From assembly GCA_021776375.1 (NCBI GenBank), contig JAJFGA010000046.1, positions 353 to 64,352 on the forward strand: DNA of 64,000 nucleotides, written 5' to 3'. A program made the translations under genes and the position numbers. Each line of letters begins with the position of its first letter. Positions within the stretch are counted from its first letter, which is position 1. Shown piece by piece: positions 18,225 to 27,027 of the stretch. The DNA is from Hyphococcus sp. (GTDB lineage: Bacteria > Pseudomonadota > Alphaproteobacteria > Caulobacterales > Parvularculaceae). Below the pieces are notes generated by a model, which worked only from the letters and a program-made list of their open reading frames with translations, had not been told where the DNA came from and searched no databases.

Positions 18225-18346
18225 GGAGCGGATTCTGTGCGATGAACTACCGTTCACAAATTTTTCGCAAAATGTCCGCTATGAGGATGAATCTGCCGTT
18301 TGATCTGCTACCAACGAATGTCCGCAATGTGTTGCGGCGATCAATT
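18225..18346. repeat. Cluster of degenerate ~30-bp palindromic units at 46-bp spacing
   Basis: Units start at 18225, 18271 (AATGTCCGCT-N10-ATCTGCCGTT) and 18317; similar clusters at 66-190, 12787-12862 and 14733-14808. Confidence 0.55.
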
Positions 18347-18355
18347 GAATCCGCA

Positions 18356-18658
18356 GCCAATTTGCGACATCTCCCCACTCTGACTTTCTGGCCATAATGC
18401 GCGCCAATTTTGCCATTCGAATTCAGGCGAAAGCACCTTCCAAACCCACCAGATCGTTCTTCGATTAGCCCTGCCGGCCAATAGGGCTCGGCGCGCGAAT
18501 TCGAGTCCCTATTTCGGACTCACATTCCCGCCCGAGTTGGGCGGCGGAATTTGGGTAACAAATTGGCATACATTTTGGGTAACATTCCGCACCCGGAATA
18601 ACGATAAGTAATTGTTTTTATTATCTTTTCAAAAATCGTTGACTCTTCTCCTGGCGAA
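18356..18658 (+). repeat. ~300-bp non-coding direct repeat, copy B
   Basis: Homologous to 12424-12728; palindrome at 18497-18527, arm-like triplet at 18549-18586. Confidence 0.9.
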
Positions 18659-18766
18659 CAGAGACTCTTCTCAATAGCGCTTGCGCCCTTCCCCACTTGC
18701 TGCGCAGATTGATCAGCGAATCTACTTTTTGTTAGCGACTATACGATCAATTCAGAGGGGCGATCT

Positions 18767-18973
18767 GTGTCACCGGATAGAAAAGTCACAGACAAAGAAA
18801 TTGAAAATGGATTGGACTTGGTAGCGGAGCTAATCGACAAATATGGCGATGTATATTGGCCGGTCTATGAACGACTCGAACGCGAACTCGCCGAAAGAAA
18901 ATCTAGGCGAGCCAAGTTAAAGGAGCGGCTGAAACGGCTAAAGGCCACATCCGCTGGAGAAACCGCGAAATAG
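18767..18973 (+). CDS. Small integrase-associated hypothetical protein, paralog 1
   Basis: TDKEIE..L...IDKYGDVYWPVYERLERELAERKSR; GAGGGG RBS; paralog at 19195. Confidence 0.75.
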   Translation: MSPDRKVTDKEIENGLDLVAELIDKYGDVYWPVYERLERELAERKSRRAKLKERLKRLKATSAGETAK

Positions 18974-19194
18974 CAGCTTTTCCCAATTGCGTTCACCTCT
19001 CAGGAATCCAAAACAAACCGCAACGGGCCCGAAATTTATATCATTTTCTGGACTTATGGAATCCGGGCCTTTCGGTAATATTGGGGTATGGAGAATTGGC
19101 ACCCAAATACCGAAACTCTGTCGTTTCACACGCTAAGCGGTCAGCATCGGACGGCGCAGAACACCAACATTTTTGCATTGGGTTTCTTTTCGTA

Positions 19195-19410
19195 ATGTGC
19201 GCGACGGACAAAGACTTGGAACGCGCACTGAAAAGTGCTGCGCGCATCATTGATCGATATGGGGATGTGTATTGGCCCATATTTGATCGTATTGAAAGGG
19301 AACTCGAACGGCGCCGTTCGCGCCAGACACGGCTGCGCGCTCACCTGTCAAATAACGCACGCCGGACTCGTACTAAAACAGTCCCTCAGGGAACGCGTGC
19401 ACAATTTTAA
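19195..19410 (+). CDS. Small integrase-associated hypothetical protein, paralog 2
   Basis: TDKDLE..L...IDRYGDVYWPIFDRIERELERRRSR; convergent with and overlapping the integrase end. Confidence 0.7.
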   Translation: MCATDKDLERALKSAARIIDRYGDVYWPIFDRIERELERRRSRQTRLRAHLSNNARRTRTKTVPQGTRAQF

Positions 19411-20770
19411 GCAACTCATCCCGGCGATACTCGAGTGAGCCGCCATCTCCATACGCCGGACGATCAGTAGCATGCCCCATCAATAAGCATCGAAGAGCAT
19501 AGTCTAGGCCGGCCTCCTGCATCCGTTTCTCGAACGAATGCCGAAAAGAGTAAATAACGTGCTCCTTGCTTGGCATCAGCCCTCGATTTCGGAAGGCTTT
19601 GTTGAGTGAGGCGGAAAGAAGGTCATTGCGATCGTAGTAATGAGGAAAGCCATCCCGCGCATGTTTCATTGCCTCCAAGGATACGCCAACCAAAGGAATT
19701 TCACGCACAGACGATGCGGTCTTTTTTTCCATATTCTCGTGCGGCCGTATTCGAATATGGGGCACAGCGTGATCAAGACATATATCCTTCCTAGGATCGA
19801 GATTGGCGATCTCACTCGGCCGGCATCCGGTTTCAATCAGTGCATAGGCAATTATTTTTGCCTGTTTGTTGATGCCATCTAGGACGCCCGGTACGAGGAT
19901 TTTTTTGCTGACCCAATCGTCTTCAAAAGACGGCGTTTTCTTCTCTTTGACGGCGTCCCTTTCCCTGAAATTTAAGTTACGAAATGGATTGAGGCGTTCC
20001 TCCTCGCCGACGTGTTTAAAATATTCGCCGTAGAGTTTTCGCAAATTTCCGAGATCGCGATTAGCCGTGTTAGCGCCACGGCGCTTTTCACCTTGTTTCG
20101 CCATGATGCGATCTTTCCACCAATTGTAGAATTTGAGCGCGTCCTCTCGCGAGATATCGACCATCGGCATATCGTCCACGACTTCGACAAAATAATTGAT
20201 CGCTCGAAGTTTGGTTTTACGCCACGTACGTTTTTGATTTTCTGATTTCTTTAAGAGTTCGGTGACGGCGATGTCGCTGCAATAGATTTCAAACGCCTCG
20301 GTGATTGAGACTTTGGGCGCAGCAACACCACCTAATAACGCCTCCGCCTCTATTTGCTCGCCTGCACTCTTTGAACCCTTGTCGTGCCGATCGACTTCTC
20401 TGACGCGAGTTACAACCTCAGCAACTTCAAGTGCCTCAGCGAGGTCAGCCGCAGGGCTATAGACGAATCCTCTCGCCATGGCCCTTGCGCTCGCCCTCCG
20501 GTAGCGATTTACGGCGACCTGGCGCATCGCGGCCTCCGCCGCCTGTGAAAGATCATCGTTCGCCGGCGCCGCGAGGGAAGCCCAAAACAAATCATCGGCC
20601 TCAGCCATCGCGTCACGACGCATACGCGCTGTTTCTAGAGACTTCGTTCTAAGCGAAACACGGATTACGCCACGATCATCGACCGCATCAAACCGCTTTG
20701 GCACCCGCCTCACGTAGTGCCAATATTCATCTCTACACTGAAGGTATCGGTCCGCTTTCAACTCTATCAA
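19373..20770 (-). CDS. Tyrosine recombinase/integrase with DUF6538-like N-terminal domain
   Basis: WHYVRRVP...RVSLRTKS N-domain; ETGCRPSEI, KT, YSFRHSFEKR, LMGH and terminal Y; adjacent to the tRNA 3' end. Confidence 0.93.
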   Translation of the reverse strand: MIELKADRYLQCRDEYWHYVRRVPKRFDAVDDRGVIRVSLRTKSLETARMRRDAMAEADDLFWASLAAPANDDLSQAAEAAMRQVAVNRYRRASARAMARGFVYSPAADLAEALEVAEVVTRVREVDRHDKGSKSAGEQIEAEALLGGVAAPKVSITEAFEIYCSDIAVTELLKKSENQKRTWRKTKLRAINYFVEVVDDMPMVDISREDALKFYNWWKDRIMAKQGEKRRGANTANRDLGNLRKLYGEYFKHVGEEERLNPFRNLNFRERDAVKEKKTPSFEDDWVSKKILVPGVLDGINKQAKIIAYALIETGCRPSEIANLDPRKDICLDHAVPHIRIRPHENMEKKTASSVREIPLVGVSLEAMKHARDGFPHYYDRNDLLSASLNKAFRNRGLMPSKEHVIYSFRHSFEKRMQEAGLDYALRCLLMGHATDRPAYGDGGSLEYRRDELLKIVHAFPEGLF

Positions 20771-20778
20771 GGCCTATA

Positions 20779-20817
20779 ATTGTTACACAAAATGTTGCAC
20801 AATTTGTTACACAAAAA
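20779..20817 (-). promoter_or_regulatory. Triple direct repeat (integrase arm-type site candidate)
   Basis: Minus strand TTTTTGTGTAACAAATTGTGCAACATTTTGTGTAACAAT directly upstream of the integrase; matches triplets in the 300-bp repeats. Confidence 0.65.
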
Positions 20818-20902
20818 TTGCGCGACGTAAAGGTCGGTGCGAGCGATAATTTACATTATCGTTTGTTTACAATGGCTTAATCAATTGAAAGGGAAGGTGT
20901 TC

Positions 20903-20976
20903 TGGAGCGGGTAGCGGGAATCGAACCCGCATATTCAGCTTGGAAGGCTGCTGCACTACCATTGTGCTATACCCGC
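20903..20976 (-). tRNA. tRNA-Gly(TCC)
   Basis: GCGGGTATAGCACAATGGTAGTGCAGCAGCCTTCCAAGCTGAATATGCGGGTTCGATTCCCGCTACCCGCTCCA: cloverleaf, TCC anticodon, CCA end. Confidence 0.97.
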
Positions 20977-21105
20977 CCAAAGAAAGATTTGGGGGCCCTT
21001 GATATCGCAATTACGCCGGCATGCAAGGTTGATGCGCGACATTTTGGGCGCTTGCACCATTGCCGTCCCATGCCCAATCTTTGAAAGAGCAAAATCTCAA
21101 GGAGC

Positions 21106-21351
21106 ATGCCAGTGGCCCATACCCCGCACGAAATTCATGACGACTTCCCCGAATATGCCGAGAAAATTCACGACCTCAAAGTGAATAATTCCCACTTTTC
21201 CCGGCTGGCGGAAGAGTATCATGAAGTCAATCGGAAGATTCACCGGCTGGAAACGCGGGTCGAGGCATCAAGTGAGTTTCGCGAAGAAGACCTTCGCAAA
21301 AAGCGCATGCATCTGAAAGATCAGCTTGCAGCAATGCTCTCCAAGCCATGA
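21106..21351 (+). CDS. YdcH/DUF465 family protein
   Basis: HTPHEIHDDFPE..IHDLK..HF..L.EEYH...LRKKRMHLKD. Confidence 0.88.
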   Translation: MPVAHTPHEIHDDFPEYAEKIHDLKVNNSHFSRLAEEYHEVNRKIHRLETRVEASSEFREEDLRKKRMHLKDQLAAMLSKP

Positions 21352-21367
21352 AGCGCATCTCCGACGG

Positions 21368-22525
21368 CTAAAGCGTTCGGGCAATTAACAGCTTCATAAT
21401 CTCGTTGGTGCCGCCATAGATGCGCTGAACGCGAGCGTCGGCATACATCCGGCTGATCGGGTATTCGTCCATGTAACCGTAGCCTCCGAACAGCTGGAGG
21501 CATTCGTCGATAATCTCGTTTTCGAGATCGGAAAGAAGATATTTCGACATCGACGCCGTCGCCGCATCGAGCTTGCCGGCGATTAGCTGTTCCGTACAGT
21601 AATCAACAAAAACCCGCGCCATGGTCGCTCTCGACTTGCATTCGGCGAGTTTAAATTGGGTGTTTTGAAAACTCAGAATGGGCCGACCGAAGGCCTGGCG
21701 CTCCTTGACGTAAGCAATCGTCAGCTCCAGCGCGCGCTCAATACCCGCGATCGCCTGCACGGCAATTTCCTGGCGCTCCTGGGGTAATTGCTGCATCAGC
21801 TGAAAAAAGCCCTGGCCTTCTTCTGTGCCAAGAAGATTCTCAGTGGGGATTTTCACATCATTGAAAAACAATTCCGACGTATCCTGCGCCTTGTTGCCGA
21901 GTTTTTTGAGATTGCGGCCGCGCTCAAAAAACTCGGCGCCGTCGGTCTCAACAACCATCAGTGAAACGCCCGAGGCGCCCTCGCCGGGGTCGGTCTTAGC
22001 GACAACAATGACAATATTTGCCGTCTGGCCATTGGTGATGAAGGTCTTCTGCCCGTTCACCACATATTGGTTGCCGTCTTTGAGCGCCGTGGTGCGCACC
22101 GCTTGAAGGTCCGATCCGGTTCCGGGCTCGGTCATGGCGATGGCGCCAATAAGCTCGCCGCTGGCCATTTTTGGCAGCCACCGGCGTTTTTGTTCTTCGG
22201 TGCCGTAATGGAGGATGTAGGGCGCGACGATGGTGTTGTGGAGCGGCGCGCCGAAACCTTCAACGCCGGCCTTGATCTGCTGCTCAATGGAAATCTGCTC
22301 ATGGGCGAATGTGCCGCCGAGCCCGCCATATTCCTCCGGCATCGACATGCATAAGAGCCCCTGCTCGCCAGCCTTCTTCCAAGCCCAGCGATCAACAACG
22401 CCCTGATCGCGCCATGTCTCCACATGCGGCGCCAGCTCGCGCGTATAAAACTTCGCAACCTCCTCCTCGAACATCACAAGTTCGTCGGTCTTCCAGGACG
22501 GTGTGGCGGTTTGAATGGCGGGCAT
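21368..22525 (-). CDS. Acyl-CoA dehydrogenase (long-chain type)
   Basis: AIAMTEPGTGSDLQ, GQKTFITNG, CLQLFGGYGYMDEY, RIYGGTNEIMK. Confidence 0.95.
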   Translation of the reverse strand: MPAIQTATPSWKTDELVMFEEEVAKFYTRELAPHVETWRDQGVVDRWAWKKAGEQGLLCMSMPEEYGGLGGTFAHEQISIEQQIKAGVEGFGAPLHNTIVAPYILHYGTEEQKRRWLPKMASGELIGAIAMTEPGTGSDLQAVRTTALKDGNQYVVNGQKTFITNGQTANIVIVVAKTDPGEGASGVSLMVVETDGAEFFERGRNLKKLGNKAQDTSELFFNDVKIPTENLLGTEEGQGFFQLMQQLPQERQEIAVQAIAGIERALELTIAYVKERQAFGRPILSFQNTQFKLAECKSRATMARVFVDYCTEQLIAGKLDAATASMSKYLLSDLENEIIDECLQLFGGYGYMDEYPISRMYADARVQRIYGGTNEIMKLLIARTL

Positions 22526-22619
22526 GGCATAACTCCTCAAACATAAAGTCTCTTACTAATGTGGGATCGCGCATGCGGACTGGCAACAAAATTCGGCAGT
22601 CGTCACTGCTACAAATCTG

Positions 22620-23483
22620 CTAATCAATATCCGTCAAACGCCGCATCAAACTTGACGTGTCCCAACGCCCGCCACCCATGGCCTGAATGTCGGCATAGAA
22701 CTGATCGACCAGCGCCGTTACCGGCAGTCGTGCGCCATTGTCTCGCGCCTCACTCAGTGCGATGCGTAAATCCTTGCGCATCCAATCGACCGCAAAGCCA
22801 AATTCGAACTCGTCTTTGGCCATGGTCGCTGCGCGGTTTTCCATCTGCCAGCTTTGCGCCGCGCCGCCGGAAATCGCCTCCAGCACCTTGTCGATATCGA
22901 GCCCGGAGCGCGCGGCAAAATGCACCCCTTCCGACAATCCTTGAACGACGCCGGCGATGCATATCTGATTGACGGCTTTGCACAGCTGGCCGTGACCGGC
23001 CGGGCCAATATGAACAATCCGCGCCGCATAAGCGTCCATTGCCGGCCGCGCGCGCTCAATATGCGCAGCGTCGCCGCCGCACATAACCGAGAGTTTTCCG
23101 GCTTGCGCCCCCGCCTCGCCGCCCGACACCGGCGCATCAACAAAGCCAACGCCAAGCTCGGCAAGTTCGTCATGGAGACGGCGCGCCAATGTCGGCGACG
23201 CGGTTGTGTGATCGATCAGAATCGCGCCCGATGCAAAACCACCAGCCGCCTTTTCAATCATCGCTGCGACGTCGGGATCATCGCCGAGGCACATGAAGAC
23301 CAGCTCAGCCCCACGCACTGCCTCATCAGGGGATTTAGCGATCCGGCCTTTATAGTCTTGCGCCCATTGTTCGGCTTTTGCCGTGGTGCGGTTGTAAACC
23401 ACAACTTCGAAATCATTCTTTGAGAGCCAGCCGGCCATGGGATAGCCCATGACGCCAAGACCGAGAAACGCCGCCCGCGTCAT
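22620..23483 (-). CDS. NAD(P)-dependent oxidoreductase, 3-hydroxyisobutyrate dehydrogenase family
   Basis: FLGLGVMGYPMA, DAPVSGG, KAVNQ. Confidence 0.93.
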   Translation of the reverse strand: MTRAAFLGLGVMGYPMAGWLSKNDFEVVVYNRTTAKAEQWAQDYKGRIAKSPDEAVRGAELVFMCLGDDPDVAAMIEKAAGGFASGAILIDHTTASPTLARRLHDELAELGVGFVDAPVSGGEAGAQAGKLSVMCGGDAAHIERARPAMDAYAARIVHIGPAGHGQLCKAVNQICIAGVVQGLSEGVHFAARSGLDIDKVLEAISGGAAQSWQMENRAATMAKDEFEFGFAVDWMRKDLRIALSEARDNGARLPVTALVDQFYADIQAMGGGRWDTSSLMRRLTDID

Positions 23484-23962
23484 TTGGCTTCGCCATTGGT
23501 CTGGTAGTTGCTGGCGAAATAAACCAGCGGTGCGCCCTCGCTGCTGTCGAACTTCACCACCTCGCCGACCAACACAACATGATCGCCGGCTTCATGACGG
23601 GCAAAAATTTTACAGTCGAACGCCGCAAGGCGGTTTTTTAATATCGGCGCGCCGGTCTCCCAGAATTCGACCTCGTCTGGACTGACAGGCTCGGGCGCAA
23701 AATTAGCAAATCGATCGGAGAGCGCGCGCTGGTCGGCGCGAAGAATATTCACGCTATAGCCCGTCGCCGCCATGAACGCAGGATAAGACGCCGCCTTGGT
23801 TTCGATACACCACAACACCAGCGCCGGGCTCAACGACACCGAGGTGAAGGAGTTGACCGTCATCGCCGCATAGCCGCCGCCCTCTCTGGCGCAAGTCGCA
23901 ACCGCTACGCCGGTGGCGAAACGGCCAAATGCGTCTTTTAGCGGCCTGAATTTGTCTGGCAT
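23480..23962 (-). CDS. Flavin reductase family protein
   Basis: FGRFATGV, TVNSFTSVSLSPAL, AGDHVVLVGEV. Confidence 0.93.
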   Translation of the reverse strand: MPDKFRPLKDAFGRFATGVAVATCAREGGGYAAMTVNSFTSVSLSPALVLWCIETKAASYPAFMAATGYSVNILRADQRALSDRFANFAPEPVSPDEVEFWETGAPILKNRLAAFDCKIFARHEAGDHVVLVGEVVKFDSSEGAPLVYFASNYQTNGEAK

Positions 23963-24142
23963 GGCGCTGCTTTCGTGGGCTGTCTAACCGTTTCGATAAC
24001 GTATTGAAAAACTTAAACCTTGTGCGCCTAACATCAATTTGGGAAAATACAAAGCACCGGATGCTAAAGGCCGCATTTTGGCTTAATTTCAGTGCCGGCA
24101 TAGCCGTTCACTTTCGGACCGGGTCACGTCAATCTAGAATTT

Positions 24143-25999
24143 ATGGAAACTTTTTTAGAAGCGCCATGGCAGATGTGGGCGACGCTGGGGATAATTAGCG
24201 TCACCATCGTCTTTTACACGCTCGACCGGTTCCCGCTCGAGCTGATCTCGGCCGGCGCTATCGTCACTCTGCTGCTTTTGTTCCTGATCGCGCCGATGAC
24301 GCGCGACGGCGCGAATGTCCTGACCACCGAAACGCTGTTGTCGGGGTTCGCCAGCCCGGCGCTATTCGCCATTCTTGGGCTCTTGATTATCGGCCAGGGG
24401 ATGTTCCAGTCCGGCGCGCTTGAACATCCGACCGAATACCTCCTGCGCGCTTTCGACAAGCGCCCGCGCGTGGTGATCGGCGCGGTGTTTTTCTTCGTCA
24501 TGGTGATCAGCGCGTTTTTGAACAATACGCCCGTGGTCGTCATGTTTATCCCGATCATGGCCGCACTCGCCCAACAGAGCAAAACCCCGGTCGCCCGGTT
24601 TATGATGCCGCTCTCCTTCCTGTCGATTTTCGGCGGCATGACCACAGTCATCGGCTCATCCACCAACCTTCTGGCGCTGCAATCCTACCGCGCCACCACC
24701 GGCGGCGAGATCGGGTTTTTTGAACTGACCCCCATGGGTCTCATTCTCGCCGGCGCCGGCATCATCTATCTGTTGACCGTCGGCCGCTGGCTGATGCCGG
24801 TCCGCAGCAATCCAAACCAGCCTGCAGTCAATGAGCGCGAGGGCAAGCATTTTATCGCGCAAATAGAAATTACGCGCGGCCACCCGCTGATCGGCAAAGG
24901 CCCGGTCGCGGGCCTGTTTGTTGATTTGCCGGACATTACGGTGCGCATGGTTCAGCGCCGCAAAAATGCGATCCTGCCGCCGTTTGACGATTTCGCCTTT
25001 AAGACCGGCGATATGGTTATCGTCGCCGCGACCCGGCCGGCGCTCACCGCATTGCTCAAATCCAATCCGGATATGCTCGAAGGCCTGATGGCCGAAACCT
25101 CTATCGCCGACGAAGAGGACGGCTCGGTCCAGCGCTCGACCCAACTGACCATGATCGAGGCGATTGTCGCCCCGGGCTCGCGTCTTATCGGGCGATCAAT
25201 TGTCCAGATCGGCTTTCACGCGCAGACCGATTGCGTCATTGTCGGTATTGAGCGGCGCAGCCGGATGATCCGAACACAGATGAACACGATCCGGCTTGAA
25301 GCCGGCGACGTTTTATTGATCCTCGGCGACATCAACGACATTCGCAATTTGCGCTCAGACCGCGACATCTTGATGCTTGAATGGTCGATGCAGGGCCTGC
25401 CGGACCAGCGCAACGCACGCATCGCCGCCTTGATCTTCGCTGGCGTGGTCGGCGCAACCGCATCAGGCCTTGCGCCAATTGCAATTTCCGCCATTGCAGG
25501 TGCAACCGCGATGGTCGCCTCGGGCTGTCTCAATGTGCGCCAAGCCGCACGCGCAATTGACCGACGGATATATCTCCTGATCGGCGCCTCGCTCGCCATG
25601 GGCGCAGCGCTGGAGCGCACTGGTGGAGCGGCGCTGATTGGCGAGGGACTGGCGGTTACCGCCGGTCAGTTCGGACCGACCGCCCTGATCTCTGCGTTCT
25701 TCATCCTCTGCGCCGCCCTCACCAATGTTCTGTCCAATAACGCCACCGCGGTTCTGTTCACGCCAATCGCGGTGAGCGCAGCGCGCCTGGTCGGGATTGA
25801 CGAACATATATTGGTCCTGACGGTTATATTTGGCTCCAATTGCTCTTTTGCAACACCTGTCGCCTATCAGACCAATCTCCTGGTGATGACCCCGGGTCAT
25901 TACAAATTTAGCGACTTTACGAAGGTTGGCGGGCCGCTGATCATCCTTATCTGGCTGGTCTACACTGCGGTTGCGCCATTTTATTTCGGTCTGGTTTGA
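24143..25999 (+). CDS. SLC13 family permease with TrkA-C domains
   Basis: SAFLNNTPVV, TVIGSSTN, TNVLSNNATA, TPVAYQTN. Confidence 0.92.
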   Translation: METFLEAPWQMWATLGIISVTIVFYTLDRFPLELISAGAIVTLLLLFLIAPMTRDGANVLTTETLLSGFASPALFAILGLLIIGQGMFQSGALEHPTEYLLRAFDKRPRVVIGAVFFFVMVISAFLNNTPVVVMFIPIMAALAQQSKTPVARFMMPLSFLSIFGGMTTVIGSSTNLLALQSYRATTGGEIGFFELTPMGLILAGAGIIYLLTVGRWLMPVRSNPNQPAVNEREGKHFIAQIEITRGHPLIGKGPVAGLFVDLPDITVRMVQRRKNAILPPFDDFAFKTGDMVIVAATRPALTALLKSNPDMLEGLMAETSIADEEDGSVQRSTQLTMIEAIVAPGSRLIGRSIVQIGFHAQTDCVIVGIERRSRMIRTQMNTIRLEAGDVLLILGDINDIRNLRSDRDILMLEWSMQGLPDQRNARIAALIFAGVVGATASGLAPIAISAIAGATAMVASGCLNVRQAARAIDRRIYLLIGASLAMGAALERTGGAALIGEGLAVTAGQFGPTALISAFFILCAALTNVLSNNATAVLFTPIAVSAARLVGIDEHILVLTVIFGSNCSFATPVAYQTNLLVMTPGHYKFSDFTKVGGPLIILIWLVYTAVAPFYFGLV

Positions 26000-26071
26000 C
26001 ACCATAAAAGAACCGATTCATTGCCGTCATGCTAATCGCCCGCTAAGATTCATGCGTTAAGGTCATGGGTT

Positions 26072-26833
26072 ATGAGTAACGAAGATTTTGCCAGGCGTTT
26101 CGGTCTTGAGGGCGGTGAGTTTTATGTCACCGCGCCGGCAGCATGCCCATATCTGGCGGGCAAGCGCGAGCGCAAGGTGTTTTCCTATCTCAGCGGCGCT
26201 GGCGCCTCATCAACCAATGCACTGTTGACGCGGCGCGGGTTTCGCCGTTCGCAAAACATCATCTATCTGCCAGCCTGTGAAGGATGCAGCGCCTGCGTGC
26301 CGGTCAGGATTGTGAGCGATGATTTCAAAATGTCGAAATCGCGTAAGCGCATCCTCACCCGCAACGCCGACCTCATCCGCCGCGTGAAAGAGCCGCGCGC
26401 GACCGGAGAGCAGTTCTCGGTGCTGCGCGGCTATCTCGACGAGCGTCATGACGATGGCGGCATGGCCGACATGACGGTGCTCGACTATGCGTCCATGGTT
26501 GAGGAAACGGCAGTCGACACCTTGGTGGTTGAATATCGTCTGCGTGATAACATCACCGGCGATGAAAGGCTGATCGCAACGGCCCTCACAGACAAGCTCA
26601 CCGACGGACTTTCCATGGTCTACAGTTTCTTTGAACCGGACGAAGCGACACGCAGTCTTGGGCGGTTCATGATCCTCGATCATATCTCGCTCGCTCGCGA
26701 GCTTGACCTGCCTTACGTCTATCTCGGCTATTGGGTGCAAGGCTCGCCGAAGATGGATTACAAGACCGACTTCCAGCCGCTGGAAAAGCTGGCCGCGACC
26801 GGCTGGGTCCGGATGGACCGCCAGACCTCTTAA
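26072..26833 (+). CDS. ate: ATE1-like aminoacyl-tRNA-protein transferase (Bpt)
   Basis: CPYLAGKRERK, GFRRSQ, DGLSMVYSFF, YVYLGYWVQGSPKMDYK. Confidence 0.92.
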   Translation: MSNEDFARRFGLEGGEFYVTAPAACPYLAGKRERKVFSYLSGAGASSTNALLTRRGFRRSQNIIYLPACEGCSACVPVRIVSDDFKMSKSRKRILTRNADLIRRVKEPRATGEQFSVLRGYLDERHDDGGMADMTVLDYASMVEETAVDTLVVEYRLRDNITGDERLIATALTDKLTDGLSMVYSFFEPDEATRSLGRFMILDHISLARELDLPYVYLGYWVQGSPKMDYKTDFQPLEKLAATGWVRMDRQTS

Positions 26834-27027
26834 ACACCGACCCCTTACATTGCGGAGCGGCAAATCGGCAAATTTTCAGTTTTGCTGGAAGCTCTGACGA
26901 TTAACACGACCCACCCAATGTAGATAGCTTTGTGCAGCGCCGGCAATCGGCTATGCCAGAGGGGCAAAAACGCAGTCGCCGCCGAATCAAGACAAATTCT
27001 CCAATCGGCCAATGAGGGGACAGGTTC

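Larger units (their letters stand above)
1..20902. mobile_element. Genomic island integrated at tRNA-Gly (left end outside the window)
   Basis: Integrase beside the tRNA 3' end, visibly more AT-rich sequence, defence/TA/IS cargo. Confidence 0.85.

Noticed and set aside
66-18346. CRISPR array or classical integron attC array
   Set aside because: The units are too degenerate and dispersed for CRISPR and no cas genes are present. I saw no attC RYYYAAC/GTTRRRY box pairs, and the integrase looks like a DUF6538 type rather than IntI.
26072-26833. Functional link between the N-degron transferase and the island ubiquitin-like operon
   Set aside because: The transferase is a core alphaproteobacterial gene outside the island; proximity alone is not evidence.
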